DNA of 64,000 nucleotides from an uncultured Pseudomonadales bacterium (lineage in GTDB: Bacteria > Patescibacteriota > Microgenomatia > UBA1400 > PJMF01), in assembly GCA_964515115.1 (NCBI GenBank), contig CAZESB010000001.1, forward strand, positions 48,292 through 112,291, written 5' to 3'. Position numbers and translations under genes: made by a program. The notes below the pieces were generated by a model. It saw nothing but the letters and a program-made list of their open reading frames with translations. It had not been told where the DNA came from and searched no databases. Within the stretch, counting starts at the first letter, position 1; each line of letters begins with the position of its first letter. Shown here one piece after another: positions 48,606-58,296 of this stretch.

Positions 48606-49072
48606 GAGCTCTCTGCCTCCTCGCTGGTTGTTTGAGCTTCGCTTTCATACATATCTGTCACTACCACAATTCGTTCTTCCATGGCTGTTTCGCCTGAGTC
48701 ATTAACGACATAGATGTTGAGCAGATTAGTGCCATCTTGCAAGTTAGCGTTGAAAGTGAAATTGCCCGAATCATCACTGACGACAATATTATCATCTGCA
48801 TTGATAAAAAGGACTACGTTGGCATTGGGAATGGTGGTGCCGGTGATGGTGGTGGTGTTGGCGGTTTGAACAGCGCCTGCTTGAGGAGTGTGGACCGACA
48901 GCACGGTAGCAACCGCCGCGGACTCAAGTGCGCCATTGGTCAGCTCCAGCACATCGGCTACATCGGTGACGGGAGGCTGGTTGAGCGAATTCTGAACTCG
49001 ATAAATACCATAGGTAATTACCAACCCCATGCTCAGACCAATCAAAACCGCTACAAGCACTTCTTTTTTCAT
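48602..49072 (-). CDS. membrane-anchored Ig-like domain protein
   Basis: TM then TITGTTIPNANV..SGNFTF..L..G.N. Confidence 0.7.
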   Translation of the reverse strand: MKKEVLVAVLIGLSMGLVITYGIYRVQNSLNQPPVTDVADVLELTNGALESAAVATVLSVHTPQAGAVQTANTTTITGTTIPNANVVLFINADDNIVVSDDSGNFTFNANLQDGTNLLNIYVVNDSGETAMEERIVVVTDMYESEAQTTSEEAESS

Positions 49073-49182
49073 ACTGAATATCCATTATAACCCATGACGC
49101 AAGCGCCTGCTGAACATTGCACTCATTGCTTCAAATGATATAGTATGAGATAACTGAAATTCAAGCAAATGAAGGAGTATCA

Positions 49183-49842
49183 ATGTTGATTACTTATCAC
49201 GGTCACTCAATGTTTAAACTCAAAGGCAAGAGAGGGACGGTAGTGACCGATCCCTTTGGTGACTACATCGGTTTTGATATGCCGAGGGTGAGTGGCGATA
49301 TTGTGACAATCTCGCATCAGCATCCCGATCACAATGCCCACGACAGAATCAGCGGCACTGCCAGAAGGAAAAATCCGTTTATCATTGATCAACCGGGTGA
49401 GTATGAAGTCGGGGGTATTTCGGTTTTTGGGACTAAAACTTACCACGATACTGCTGAAGGCGCCGAGCGGGGAGAGAATATTGCTTTTACTATTTTGATT
49501 GATGGCATCAGAATTTGTCACTTAGGCGATTTGGGTCACGAGCTTACTGCCAGGCAGCTGGAGGAAATTGGCGCGGTTGATATTTTGTTGGTTCCGGTTG
49601 GCGGCACTTTTACCATTGGTCCGGAACTGGCGGTCAAGACTATTCGCACCTTGGAGCCAAGCATTGCCATTCCGATGCATTACAAAACCGCTGATCATGA
49701 CGAGAAAATTTTTAGTGAGGTGAAAACTTTGGACGAATTTACTAAAGAATATGGTTTAGAGCCTAAACCTGAAGTTAAACTGGACTTGAGTCGCAGTCGG
49801 TTGGGCGAAGAAACTGAGCTGATTGTTTTGAGGGCCACCTGA
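49183..49842 (+). CDS. MBL-fold hydrolase (Lactamase_B_3)
   Basis: GHS, SHQHPDHN, HLGDLGH, IPMHY. Confidence 0.9.
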   Translation: MLITYHGHSMFKLKGKRGTVVTDPFGDYIGFDMPRVSGDIVTISHQHPDHNAHDRISGTARRKNPFIIDQPGEYEVGGISVFGTKTYHDTAEGAERGENIAFTILIDGIRICHLGDLGHELTARQLEEIGAVDILLVPVGGTFTIGPELAVKTIRTLEPSIAIPMHYKTADHDEKIFSEVKTLDEFTKEYGLEPKPEVKLDLSRSRLGEETELIVLRAT

Positions 49843-49884
49843 AAGTAATTTGGTGTAGTGTAGGGGGAGCAGAACGACATCAAC

Positions 49885-51225
49885 ATGGCTGAAAATAAAA
49901 AAGGTAGAATTCCGCCGCACAATTTGGACGCTGAACGCTCGGTGTTGAGTGCTATTTTAATTGATCCTGACGCTATTGTTAAAATTGCCGACCTCATCAG
50001 CCCGGCGGCTTTTTACGATCCGGCCAATCAAGGCATTTATGAAGCCATGCAGAAGCTTTACGATGACCGCCAGCCGATCGATGTGGTCACTCTCACCGAC
50101 CAACTTCGAAAAATGAAACAGCTCACCAAGGCCGGTGGGACCGCGGCGATTGCGGAGCTTTCCAACGCCGCTTCTACCTCAGCCAACATTGTTCATTATG
50201 CCAAACTGGTGGCGGACGCCTACATCAAGCGGCGGATTATCAGTCTGAGCGGAGAACTAACCGAGTTGGCTTTTGATCCTGGCAAGGAGCTGGAAGATGT
50301 CATGGACGCGGCCGAGCAGAAAGTTTACACGCTTTCTTCCACCAGAAACAGCCGGGCTTTTATTCCGATTAAAGACACTTTGGTGGAAAGTTTTGAGAGG
50401 TTGGACGAGCTGCAGCGCAGTGATGGTGAGCTGAGAGGCTTGCCAACCGGTTTTGCTGATCTGGACAACATGTTGGCCGGTTTCCAGAAATCCAACCTAA
50501 TTATTTTAGCGGCCAGGCCGGGAACGGGAAAAACTGCTTTGGCTTTAAATATGGCTCAACACATGTGTGTGGCTGTTAAAAAAAGAGTGGGTTTTTTCTC
50601 TCTGGAAATGAGCCGGGAGGAGTTGGTGGATCGTTTGTTGGTGGCCCAGGCCGATATTGACGCCTGGAAGCTTAAAACGGGCAAACTCAATCAGCAGGAT
50701 TTTATGAAGCTCTCCGACGCCATGGGAGTACTGGCTGATGCTAATATTTTTGTTGATGATACCCCGGGCATGAGTATTTTTGAGATGCGTACTCGCGCCC
50801 GAAGGTTGATGACGGAGTATCATATTGATTTGCTGATTGTTGATTATCTCCAGCTGGCTCAAGGCAGAACCAAGGATAATCGGGTCCAGGAAGTGGCAGA
50901 AATTTCGCAGGGCTTGAAAAATATTGCTCGAGAACTGAAAATTCCGGTTTTGGGTATTTCGCAGTTAAATCGGTCGGTGGAGAGTAGGACAGAAAAGTCG
51001 CCGCAACTTTCTGATTTGCGGGAGTCAGGCTCGATTGAACAGGATGCCGACGTGGTGATGTTCCTTTACCGTAAGGATGATGATGTGCGTGAGGCAGTGA
51101 CTTTGAAGATTGCCAAACACCGGAATGGCAGCGTGGGTGAAATTGATCTTTACTTTAGAGGCGATCGAATTAAATTTTACGGCATGGAGCGGCGGCATGA
51201 AGGTGGCGTTTTGGCCGCGGCTTAG
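49885..51225 (+). CDS. dnaB: replicative DNA helicase
   Basis: AARPGTGKT, FSLEM, VDYLQL, DLRESGSIEQDAD; no intein. Confidence 0.98.
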   Translation: MAENKKGRIPPHNLDAERSVLSAILIDPDAIVKIADLISPAAFYDPANQGIYEAMQKLYDDRQPIDVVTLTDQLRKMKQLTKAGGTAAIAELSNAASTSANIVHYAKLVADAYIKRRIISLSGELTELAFDPGKELEDVMDAAEQKVYTLSSTRNSRAFIPIKDTLVESFERLDELQRSDGELRGLPTGFADLDNMLAGFQKSNLIILAARPGTGKTALALNMAQHMCVAVKKRVGFFSLEMSREELVDRLLVAQADIDAWKLKTGKLNQQDFMKLSDAMGVLADANIFVDDTPGMSIFEMRTRARRLMTEYHIDLLIVDYLQLAQGRTKDNRVQEVAEISQGLKNIARELKIPVLGISQLNRSVESRTEKSPQLSDLRESGSIEQDADVVMFLYRKDDDVREAVTLKIAKHRNGSVGEIDLYFRGDRIKFYGMERRHEGGVLAAA

Positions 51226-51270
51226 AGGTTAATCACTTTTAGTTAAAGCTGGCCGACTGGGAAATAGCCA

Positions 51271-51507
51271 TTAAACCCCAGGCATATAGCCGAACAAGAG
51301 ATAAATCAAACCTCCGGAGAGAGCAAAAAACAAGAGCAGAAAACCAAGATTAGACTTGAGGTTTTTGAGGGATTTTTGCGGATCGGGTGTGTCTGAGCTG
51401 ATGATAATCACTGCGGCCACAATGAACCAAAACAGGCCACGGAAAACTACCGACCAAATGCTGTTGACGTTTAAAATTGACTCCAAAAGGTTGGCTGCAA
51501 TTTCCAT
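51271..51507 (-). CDS. small 2-TM hypothetical protein
   Basis: Two hydrophobic helices. Confidence 0.65.
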   Translation of the reverse strand: MEIAANLLESILNVNSIWSVVFRGLFWFIVAAVIIISSDTPDPQKSLKNLKSNLGFLLLFFALSGGLIYLLFGYMPGV

Positions 51508-51573
51508 GCTTCTACTATGCGTGAAAAAAATGAAAATATCAAGCTCGTGGTATAATTGAGTTCTTCAAATAGT

Positions 51574-51659
51574 GCCGTGGTGGCGGAATAGGCAGACGCG
51601 CGAGACTCAAAATCTCGTTCTCTTTACCGGGAGTGTGGGTTCGATTCCCACCCACGGCA
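51574..51659 (+). tRNA. tRNA-Leu(CAA)
   Basis: Cloverleaf with long variable arm; CGAGA-CTCAAAA-TCTCG; TGGTATAAT upstream. Confidence 0.95.
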
Positions 51660-51672
51660 CAAAATTTTTCGG

Positions 51673-52119
51673 TTACCGCAAAAACCAAATTGCCGCCACC
51701 AAAATCAGTTGCGGCATCAGCCCCAAAACCATGTTAGGAGTGGAATTATGGAAAAATTGATGGAAGTTGTTGATGGGCTTGAGAAAATCCGGCTCCCAGC
51801 GCAGGAAATTGCGCGGTGCTTCCAGTAAATCCGGGACGATACCCGTGAGCGCGCCCAGCCAAACATGATATTGAATCCCGGCTTTGCCACTCTGAAAAAA
51901 CAGCCAAATCAGTCCCAGAGCGACACTCAACTCGATCAGTTCCAAAATAATAGCAGTTGAACGCTTGCGGCTGCCGTTGGATAGCCCGGTGCCAACATCC
52001 CAATGAGGAATCCAATCCTGGAGATAGTGCATGGCCAAAGTGGTGGGAACATAGACTGCCGGATGTGGGAAAGTGCTGGCCACAAAGGCCCCCGTCAGCA
52101 TATGAGGAATTGATAACAT
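51673..52119 (-). CDS. membrane-bound putative metal-dependent hydrolase
   Basis: HMLTG, HYLQDWIPHWD, PDLL, HQFFH. Confidence 0.65.
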   Translation of the reverse strand: MLSIPHMLTGAFVASTFPHPAVYVPTTLAMHYLQDWIPHWDVGTGLSNGSRKRSTAIILELIELSVALGLIWLFFQSGKAGIQYHVWLGALTGIVPDLLEAPRNFLRWEPDFLKPINNFHQFFHNSTPNMVLGLMPQLILVAAIWFLR

Positions 52120-52290
52120 ATAGCGAGGCTAAGTATAGCAGAATCTTGAAAAAGCGTGAACCGGGGTGGTTTTAGAGACATCATTGTGTCGGCATCATTA
52201 CAAACCAGGGTGGTTGGGAATTATGAGGAACTGAGTGGTGTAGAGTTACTTTCAGCAACAGTGTAGAATACTCAATATAGAAAGGCAGTA

Positions 52291-53154
52291 GTGTTTCCGA
52301 TTTTATTTTCATACGGTCCGGTGACGATCAAAACCATGAGTCTTTTTATGGTTTTGGCTTTTCTGGCCAGCGCCTTTATTTTTTGGAAACGGGGTAGGGA
52401 AGAGCATTACAAGGAGGATCAACTTTTTGACGGTTTTTTGATGGCGACGGTTTTTGGTTTGCTGGCGGCTCGGGCCGGTTACCTGATTTTCAATTTTGCT
52501 ACTTTTGGTTTTTCTCTGATTCGCTGGGTCGATTTTTTGAGTTATCCGGGCTTGAGCGGGCTTTTTGGCTTGATTGCCGGTGGCTGGTATCTTTATCGTT
52601 ACGCCGGCAAAAATCGCTGGGATGGTTTTGAAATTCTGGATTTTTGGGCGATTGCGGTAGCCATGGGTTTGATTTTTACCTCGCTTGGCTCCTTTCTTGA
52701 TGGCAGCGGTTATGGTTACGCCACTAGCTTGCCGGTGGGGGTGACTTTTCCCAGTTTAATTGAACCGCACCATCCGGTTCAGCTTTATTTTTTCCTTTTT
52801 TACTTGGCTTTGTACTTTTATCTTTTCTGGGCGGAATATCATTATCGCACTTTTGAGTGGTATCGCTATGGCAAAAAAACCGCCCAAACCGGCTTTTTGA
52901 TTTCTGCTTTCGTTATTGCCACTGGCTTGGCGAACTTTATACTCGCTTTTTTCAAACCGCCCGCGCTGACTTTGTATGGCGCCAATCTGGATATGGCGGT
53001 GTCTTTGGCGGCATTTGTGGTGGGGGTGATGTTGCTTTATGTTAGGTCTGGTCGAGTGTTGCCTTTTTCGGCCGGCAGCAAAAAGAAGCAGGCTCGCTTG
53101 AGGCGGTTTCAACAAGTTGAAAAACCGATAATTGATCAGCCAGACCAGTTTTAG
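52291..53154 (+). CDS. lgt: prolipoprotein diacylglyceryl transferase family (degenerate active site)
   Basis: MFPILFSYGP, ARAGY, HPVQLY; adjacent to lspA. Confidence 0.78.
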   Translation: MFPILFSYGPVTIKTMSLFMVLAFLASAFIFWKRGREEHYKEDQLFDGFLMATVFGLLAARAGYLIFNFATFGFSLIRWVDFLSYPGLSGLFGLIAGGWYLYRYAGKNRWDGFEILDFWAIAVAMGLIFTSLGSFLDGSGYGYATSLPVGVTFPSLIEPHHPVQLYFFLFYLALYFYLFWAEYHYRTFEWYRYGKKTAQTGFLISAFVIATGLANFILAFFKPPALTLYGANLDMAVSLAAFVVGVMLLYVRSGRVLPFSAGSKKKQARLRRFQQVEKPIIDQPDQF

Positions 53155-53164
53155 CCTCGAATTT

Positions 53165-53569
53165 ATGCGCAGATTAATGATCTTTTTTGCCAGCACCGTG
53201 GTTTTTGACCAACTGACCAAGTACTTGACGACAGTTTTTGGCCGCCAAGTTTATCTCAATCCCGGCATTTCTTTTGCCTGGTTGGCCAACGAAACCCAGG
53301 CAGCGGTGATTTTGCTGACTTTTATCATGATTGTGCTTTTGGGCTTGAGGTATGGCTATTTTTGGGCCAAGCATCCGGTGGCTACCGGTTTGTTTTTCGG
53401 TGGCGCTTTTTCTAATTTGATTGACAGACTGGTTTTGGGCGGTGTGCGGGACTGGATTCCGGTACCATTTTTACCGTTTCAAAATAATTTGGCTGACTTG
53501 GCTATTTGGGTGAGTTTGGCGATGATGATTTGGTATTTGTATCAGGGAGGGGAAGATGAAGCGTTTTGA
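53165..53569 (+). CDS. lspA: signal peptidase II
   Basis: DQLTK, NPGISF, SNLIDR, VRDW, NLAD. Confidence 0.9.
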   Translation: MRRLMIFFASTVVFDQLTKYLTTVFGRQVYLNPGISFAWLANETQAAVILLTFIMIVLLGLRYGYFWAKHPVATGLFFGGAFSNLIDRLVLGGVRDWIPVPFLPFQNNLADLAIWVSLAMMIWYLYQGGEDEAF

Positions 53570-54395
53570 TTTGCCGGTTATATACGAAGATGAAGATTTG
53601 TTGGTAGTGAATAAACCAGCCGGAGTGGTGGTCAATCGGGCAGCCACTTATCAAGGCTGGACAGTACAAGATTGGCTGGAGGAACGGTTGGGGGAGAGCG
53701 GAGAAACTGGAGCTAAAGCTAGAGATTGGGAAAAGTTGGTGCCTGAAGATTTTACTGCTCAGTATGGCAGTCCTGAAAAAATTTTTGAAAACAGGCTAGG
53801 AATGGTGCACCGACTGGACAAAGACACCAGTGGGGCCTTATTGCTGGCTAAAAATCCCGGTGTTTTGGTCAATCTGTTGGCGCAGTTTAAAAATCGCCAG
53901 GTACAAAAAAAATATTTGTGCCTGACTCACGGTCGGTTTGTGTTTGAGAGTGGGGCGGTGAGGTTGCCGGTGGGCCGCCGGCCGGACAATCGCCGGCTGT
54001 TTGGTATCGTACCCGATGGCCGGCCGGCGGAAACAGTCTACCAAGTCCTCAAATACTACCCCCACTTCAACGCCCAACTGCTGCCGGAAAACATCAGCAA
54101 AAACCAGCGTCTGAGCCTGTACCAAGGTTTTAGCCTGGTAGAATGTTTGCCGAAAACCGGCCGCACCCACCAGATTAGAGTTCATCTGCAACACCTGCAA
54201 CACCCCATCGTGGGCGATAGTATTTATGTGGGCAAAAAACGGGCTAAACTCGACGCTCTTTGGTGCCCGAGGCAGTTTTTGCACGCCAGTAGCCTGACTT
54301 TTACTCACTCTCGCTCCCGGAAACAGCTCACCATCCAAGCTGAACTACTCGCCGATCTCAAAGACGTCTTGAAGTTTGTTTCTGAATCAGCGTAA
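53556..54395 (+). CDS. RluA family pseudouridine synthase
   Basis: NKPAG, HRLDKDTSG, TGRTHQIRVH. Confidence 0.95.
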   Translation: MKRFDLPVIYEDEDLLVVNKPAGVVVNRAATYQGWTVQDWLEERLGESGETGAKARDWEKLVPEDFTAQYGSPEKIFENRLGMVHRLDKDTSGALLLAKNPGVLVNLLAQFKNRQVQKKYLCLTHGRFVFESGAVRLPVGRRPDNRRLFGIVPDGRPAETVYQVLKYYPHFNAQLLPENISKNQRLSLYQGFSLVECLPKTGRTHQIRVHLQHLQHPIVGDSIYVGKKRAKLDALWCPRQFLHASSLTFTHSRSRKQLTIQAELLADLKDVLKFVSESA

Positions 54396-54405
54396 AATGG
54401 GCTGC

Positions 54406-55023
54406 ATGATGAAATTTCCAGTCACCCAATTTGACAACAACGGCGCTGCCTTTATTACTCCCACCTGGGAGGAACTGAACCAACTAGCTTTTGCGGTGGC
54501 GCAAAAAATCCTCACCGACGGCGCTCAGTTTGACAGAATTGTCACTCTGGCTAAAGGTGGCTGGCCCATGACTCGCTCATTGGTAGATTATCTCAACGTT
54601 AGGGAAGTGGCCAGCATTGGCATCAAATTTTATGCCGGTATCAACAAAAGGATGAGCCGACCGGAAATTTATCAGGATTTGCCGGTGATTGTGAAGGGGG
54701 AAAGTGTTTTGCTTTTTGACGATGTGGCCGATTCCGGTGAGTCCTTAGAATTTACTCGCGAGTACTTATTGGATCAGGGTGTAGCTTCGGTCAAATGTGC
54801 CACTTTGTTTTACAAACCGCACTCCACGTTCAAACCGAATTATTTTGCCGGCGAAACCACGGCTTGGATTATTTTCCCCTACGAAACCCTGGAAAGCATG
54901 AAATTACTCGAGGAGACTTGGCTTAAGCAGGGCCTGAAAAAAGCAGCCATTATTGACCGGTTTATAAAACTTGGGATTAAAGACCGCTACATCAATCATT
55001 ACCAAAAGCTTCATAATTTATAG
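54406..55023 (+). CDS. purine phosphoribosyltransferase-like protein
   Basis: LAKGG, LFDDVADSGES, WIIFPYE. Confidence 0.88.
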   Translation: MMKFPVTQFDNNGAAFITPTWEELNQLAFAVAQKILTDGAQFDRIVTLAKGGWPMTRSLVDYLNVREVASIGIKFYAGINKRMSRPEIYQDLPVIVKGESVLLFDDVADSGESLEFTREYLLDQGVASVKCATLFYKPHSTFKPNYFAGETTAWIIFPYETLESMKLLEETWLKQGLKKAAIIDRFIKLGIKDRYINHYQKLHNL

Positions 55024-55025
55024 GT

Positions 55026-55054
55026 TTGACAAACCGCAAATAATATCCTATAAT
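55026..55054 (+). promoter_or_regulatory. consensus sigma70 promoter
   Basis: TTGACA-17 nt-TATAAT. Confidence 0.8.
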
Positions 55055-55248
55055 AATAAAATTAGGGCTTGAAATCATTTCGGCCTTTACTTAGAATGCA
55101 CTAATTACTACAAGTTGGTGGAAGCGCTTTTGCAGTTTTCCTCCCAAGCAACGAACCGGCCAGGCTTACGTGGACACCAAACACCAGGCACGGAGAAACC
55201 AAGTGAAGAAAGCAGTAGAGGCGTTTTTTAGATAAATTATTTTAGAAT

Positions 55249-56688
55249 ATGTCATTGTTAGAGTTGAACGAATCTGGTTCTAACCAAAGCCAGCATGAAT
55301 TAGAATTACTCCTTTGCAAATTTTTGGAGGCTAATAAATTCAATAATTTAGCAGTAGTTCTTTCTTGGCTTCATCATCAAGAGCAAATTGCAACTGAGCC
55401 GGACGCTGAGCACAACATTGATTCAATGGCTGAGTTTGCGGCATGGCAACCCGACAGTCCTCAAATGTTAGAAGTGTGGGGTGGCACCAACTGCATTGGC
55501 ATGGTTCAGTTATTCAAGGAGATTTTGGAAGATCGCGGCTATCAGACTGAACTGGCGGTGACAACAAGCAATAACCTCCCAGAAGGTGTTTCAATAGTGG
55601 ATGTTCCTTTTCAGCACGCGGCGCTATATGTTACTGATGATGAAGGGATCATGTATTTGGTTGATCCAGGATTAGGTTTGGTTAAACCTATTGAGCTAAC
55701 TGAGAATTCTGTTGAAATAGCCGGCAGGAAATACACGCTGGAATTACATGAAGAAATGCAGCGGCTTCGTGTCATTAAGCCGAGTGGCGAAGAACTTCAT
55801 TTTGATTTTGTCTCAGCACCACCTGATATGGACTTAGAAAGAAATATTCAGAAACCACTTCTGAGGGCAACTAGTGTCTTTAAAATTGATAAATTCAATG
55901 CTGAAGGACAAAAAACCTGCTCTATTAAAATTGATTTAATTAGAAAGTCGGTCTCTTATTTTGTTCTTCAAGAAGTAGAAACACGTTCATTTGCAGAACT
56001 CCCAACTATTGAAATAGGCAAAGCAGGTCATTTATTTCGTAATGTCATGGCAGAATTAGATGATCCTGAACTCGCGAGTAAGTTGCGTTCTATAGCGGCA
56101 AGAGAAGATGACATAGTGGCAATTTGGTTTGATGAATTGCAAAAGCAATATTATTTAGAAAACCCGGAGCAACTTTCTCCGTTTGAAACACCATCCAGTC
56201 AATTGCTTGAGCGAGGTTATCAAGCTGGCGGGGTGGTGGCGGTGCTTCATGACGGCGCTGGCAAAGTAATACTTTATGAAGTACCAGAGGGAATGGATAA
56301 ACCGCAAATCAACAGGTATTCAGGAAACCTTAATGTTTTTACTGAAACGGCTGAATTTATGCCTGGTGAAAATGGCGGTATGATTATGGAAGAGTTAGAA
56401 CCAAATATGCAGCGAATTTATCAGGAAGAAATTGGTCTAACTCCACCTGAAGAATTTATTTATCGTGAAGTAGATTATAGAGCAGGTTCACCGGTTAGGG
56501 CCAGAGTTATAATTCAGCAAGTAGAGAAAGATGCTTTGTCTGCAGTAATGGCTTATAATATTGATAGTACAGAAATTGGCCAGGTGCAATGGGTTAATTT
56601 GCACGAACTAGATAAGCAACCAATTGAACCGAATGCTCGGGCAATTTTGCAAAAACTTCTAGATGCTGGTGTTCTTAGGCATGCATAA
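55249..56688 (+). CDS. arylamine N-acetyltransferase/transglutaminase-like domain fused to a degenerate NUDIX domain
   Basis: GGTNC, HAAL, YLVDPGLG triad; C-terminal VVAVL..G..GKVIL, RIYQEEIGL, EIGQVQWV. Confidence 0.6.
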   Translation: MSLLELNESGSNQSQHELELLLCKFLEANKFNNLAVVLSWLHHQEQIATEPDAEHNIDSMAEFAAWQPDSPQMLEVWGGTNCIGMVQLFKEILEDRGYQTELAVTTSNNLPEGVSIVDVPFQHAALYVTDDEGIMYLVDPGLGLVKPIELTENSVEIAGRKYTLELHEEMQRLRVIKPSGEELHFDFVSAPPDMDLERNIQKPLLRATSVFKIDKFNAEGQKTCSIKIDLIRKSVSYFVLQEVETRSFAELPTIEIGKAGHLFRNVMAELDDPELASKLRSIAAREDDIVAIWFDELQKQYYLENPEQLSPFETPSSQLLERGYQAGGVVAVLHDGAGKVILYEVPEGMDKPQINRYSGNLNVFTETAEFMPGENGGMIMEELEPNMQRIYQEEIGLTPPEEFIYREVDYRAGSPVRARVIIQQVEKDALSAVMAYNIDSTEIGQVQWVNLHELDKQPIEPNARAILQKLLDAGVLRHA

Positions 56689-57448
56689 AACAAAAATTGG
56701 CGTTTTTGCCTCTAAGGAAATATTACTAGACTTATACACTGCTGCTAGCAGTAATAAGTTGATCATCTTTTTTCATGGTTGTTGCGGCACTGTTTACGAT
56801 ACAAATCCTACAACTTATCAATTATTAGCTGATAAATTAGTTGCCACTAACACTGCCAATGTTGGGTTTTATGAATCAACCCGCAGACTCAGAAAGACTG
56901 AGGATACCGAGGAAATGGATTTTTTTCAGTTTGCTTCAGAAGCTTTTGGTGGCAAATCTTTTATAGATGAAGTAGAAGAGGGTAGACGAAGTGTTAAGTA
57001 CCTTCTGGATGAATACCGCAAACAAAAGCAGACAGCCCCAGAGCTTTATTTTGCAGGATTTTCTTTGGGTGGACTAATTGCTGCTACACTTACTCAAGAG
57101 TTCAAAGCAAAAGGCACGATGCTTTTTGGCTCTGCGAGTAAATTTGCTGTAATGGATAATTTACCCATACTTGGTTCAGCAGCAGAAATGAAAGCGGTTG
57201 CTACTATTTCTGAAACCGCGGCTAAAAGTATTGCCACACCGGTGTTGTTGATTAGGGGTACCGATGATGATACAGCCTCTCATGCCGATGCGTTGCAACT
57301 TTTTTCAGCCTTTAAGAAAGCTAAAGTAAAAACCTTTATTGAGTGGCAAGGCATTGATCATCGCTTTAAACTCAATCGTGGCGAACCTGATAGTGCTCTA
57401 ATTGACAGATTGGCAGCGGAAATTAGTCGTTTTATCAACTCTGTCTAA
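56681..57448 (+). CDS. alpha/beta hydrolase
   Basis: FFHG, GFSLGG, GTDD, DHRF; overlaps the upstream stop. Confidence 0.85.
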   Translation: MHKTKIGVFASKEILLDLYTAASSNKLIIFFHGCCGTVYDTNPTTYQLLADKLVATNTANVGFYESTRRLRKTEDTEEMDFFQFASEAFGGKSFIDEVEEGRRSVKYLLDEYRKQKQTAPELYFAGFSLGGLIAATLTQEFKAKGTMLFGSASKFAVMDNLPILGSAAEMKAVATISETAAKSIATPVLLIRGTDDDTASHADALQLFSAFKKAKVKTFIEWQGIDHRFKLNRGEPDSALIDRLAAEISRFINSV

Positions 57449-57527
57449 ATTGTTATTCTACTACCTCGTAGTTGTTTTTAGCTATTTCTAGAGCTTTTTC
57501 ATACTATTAAATATAAAATAACCAGAC

Positions 57528-58262
57528 ATGCCAAAAACACCATTAACCATCGGTTATTCAACTGGCTGTTATTTTCCTCACGAAACCAATCTGGCCATTG
57601 CTCTCGAAAAAATTCTGGAGTTTGAAAATGAAGCGGTGGAATTAAACCTGGCCACCCTCGAGGATGTGGCTGCTCTTGATGAACAAATTGTGGCCTTGGC
57701 CGGGGAATTTCAACAAGTTTCTATTCACGCGCCGATGATCAATTACCGCTATACTGAGAAGAGTAGAGGACTGCTCGAAAAACTCAAGGAATTTTCCCGG
57801 AAGGTAAATTCCCGCTACGTACTTTTCCATCCTGATATTGTTGATGATTTTCAGCTGATCAGGCAAAAGCTTGGCAGCCTGGCGGCTTTTGAAAATATGG
57901 ACCGCCGGAAAGATTTTGGAGCTAATGTTCAAGATTTGGCGGCAGTTTTTGAAAAATGTCCAGATTCACAGTGGGTTTGCGACCTCAATCATGTTTTTAC
58001 CATCGATAAAACTATGAAACTCTCAAAAGAGCTGCATCAGGCTTTTTCATCCAGATTGGGAGGCTATCATATCAGTGGCTATCAGGATGAAAAAACGCTG
58101 CACACTTGTTTTTTTCTAACTCATGAAACTGAAATTCTTGACGCGATTGAGGATTATTCTAAACTGATGATTCATGAAGGCGGTGCGCCTGCCGCCTATC
58201 ATCCTGATTTTATTGCCAAAGAAGACGGCTATATCCGTGATTATTTTTATTCCATCGACTGA
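57528..58262 (+). CDS. xylose isomerase-like TIM barrel protein
   Basis: IHAP, FHPD, FENMD, DLNH, YHISG. Confidence 0.75.
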   Translation: MPKTPLTIGYSTGCYFPHETNLAIALEKILEFENEAVELNLATLEDVAALDEQIVALAGEFQQVSIHAPMINYRYTEKSRGLLEKLKEFSRKVNSRYVLFHPDIVDDFQLIRQKLGSLAAFENMDRRKDFGANVQDLAAVFEKCPDSQWVCDLNHVFTIDKTMKLSKELHQAFSSRLGGYHISGYQDEKTLHTCFFLTHETEILDAIEDYSKLMIHEGGAPAAYHPDFIAKEDGYIRDYFYSID

Positions 58263-58296
58263 AGGTGAAGTAGCACTTCTTTCGAATTTTTCTCTA

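Noticed and set aside
55140-55220. SRP RNA or RNase P RNA
   Set aside because: GAACCGGCCAGG is suggestive, but the SRP GGAA loop geometry and the RNase P GAGGAAAGTC motif are missing
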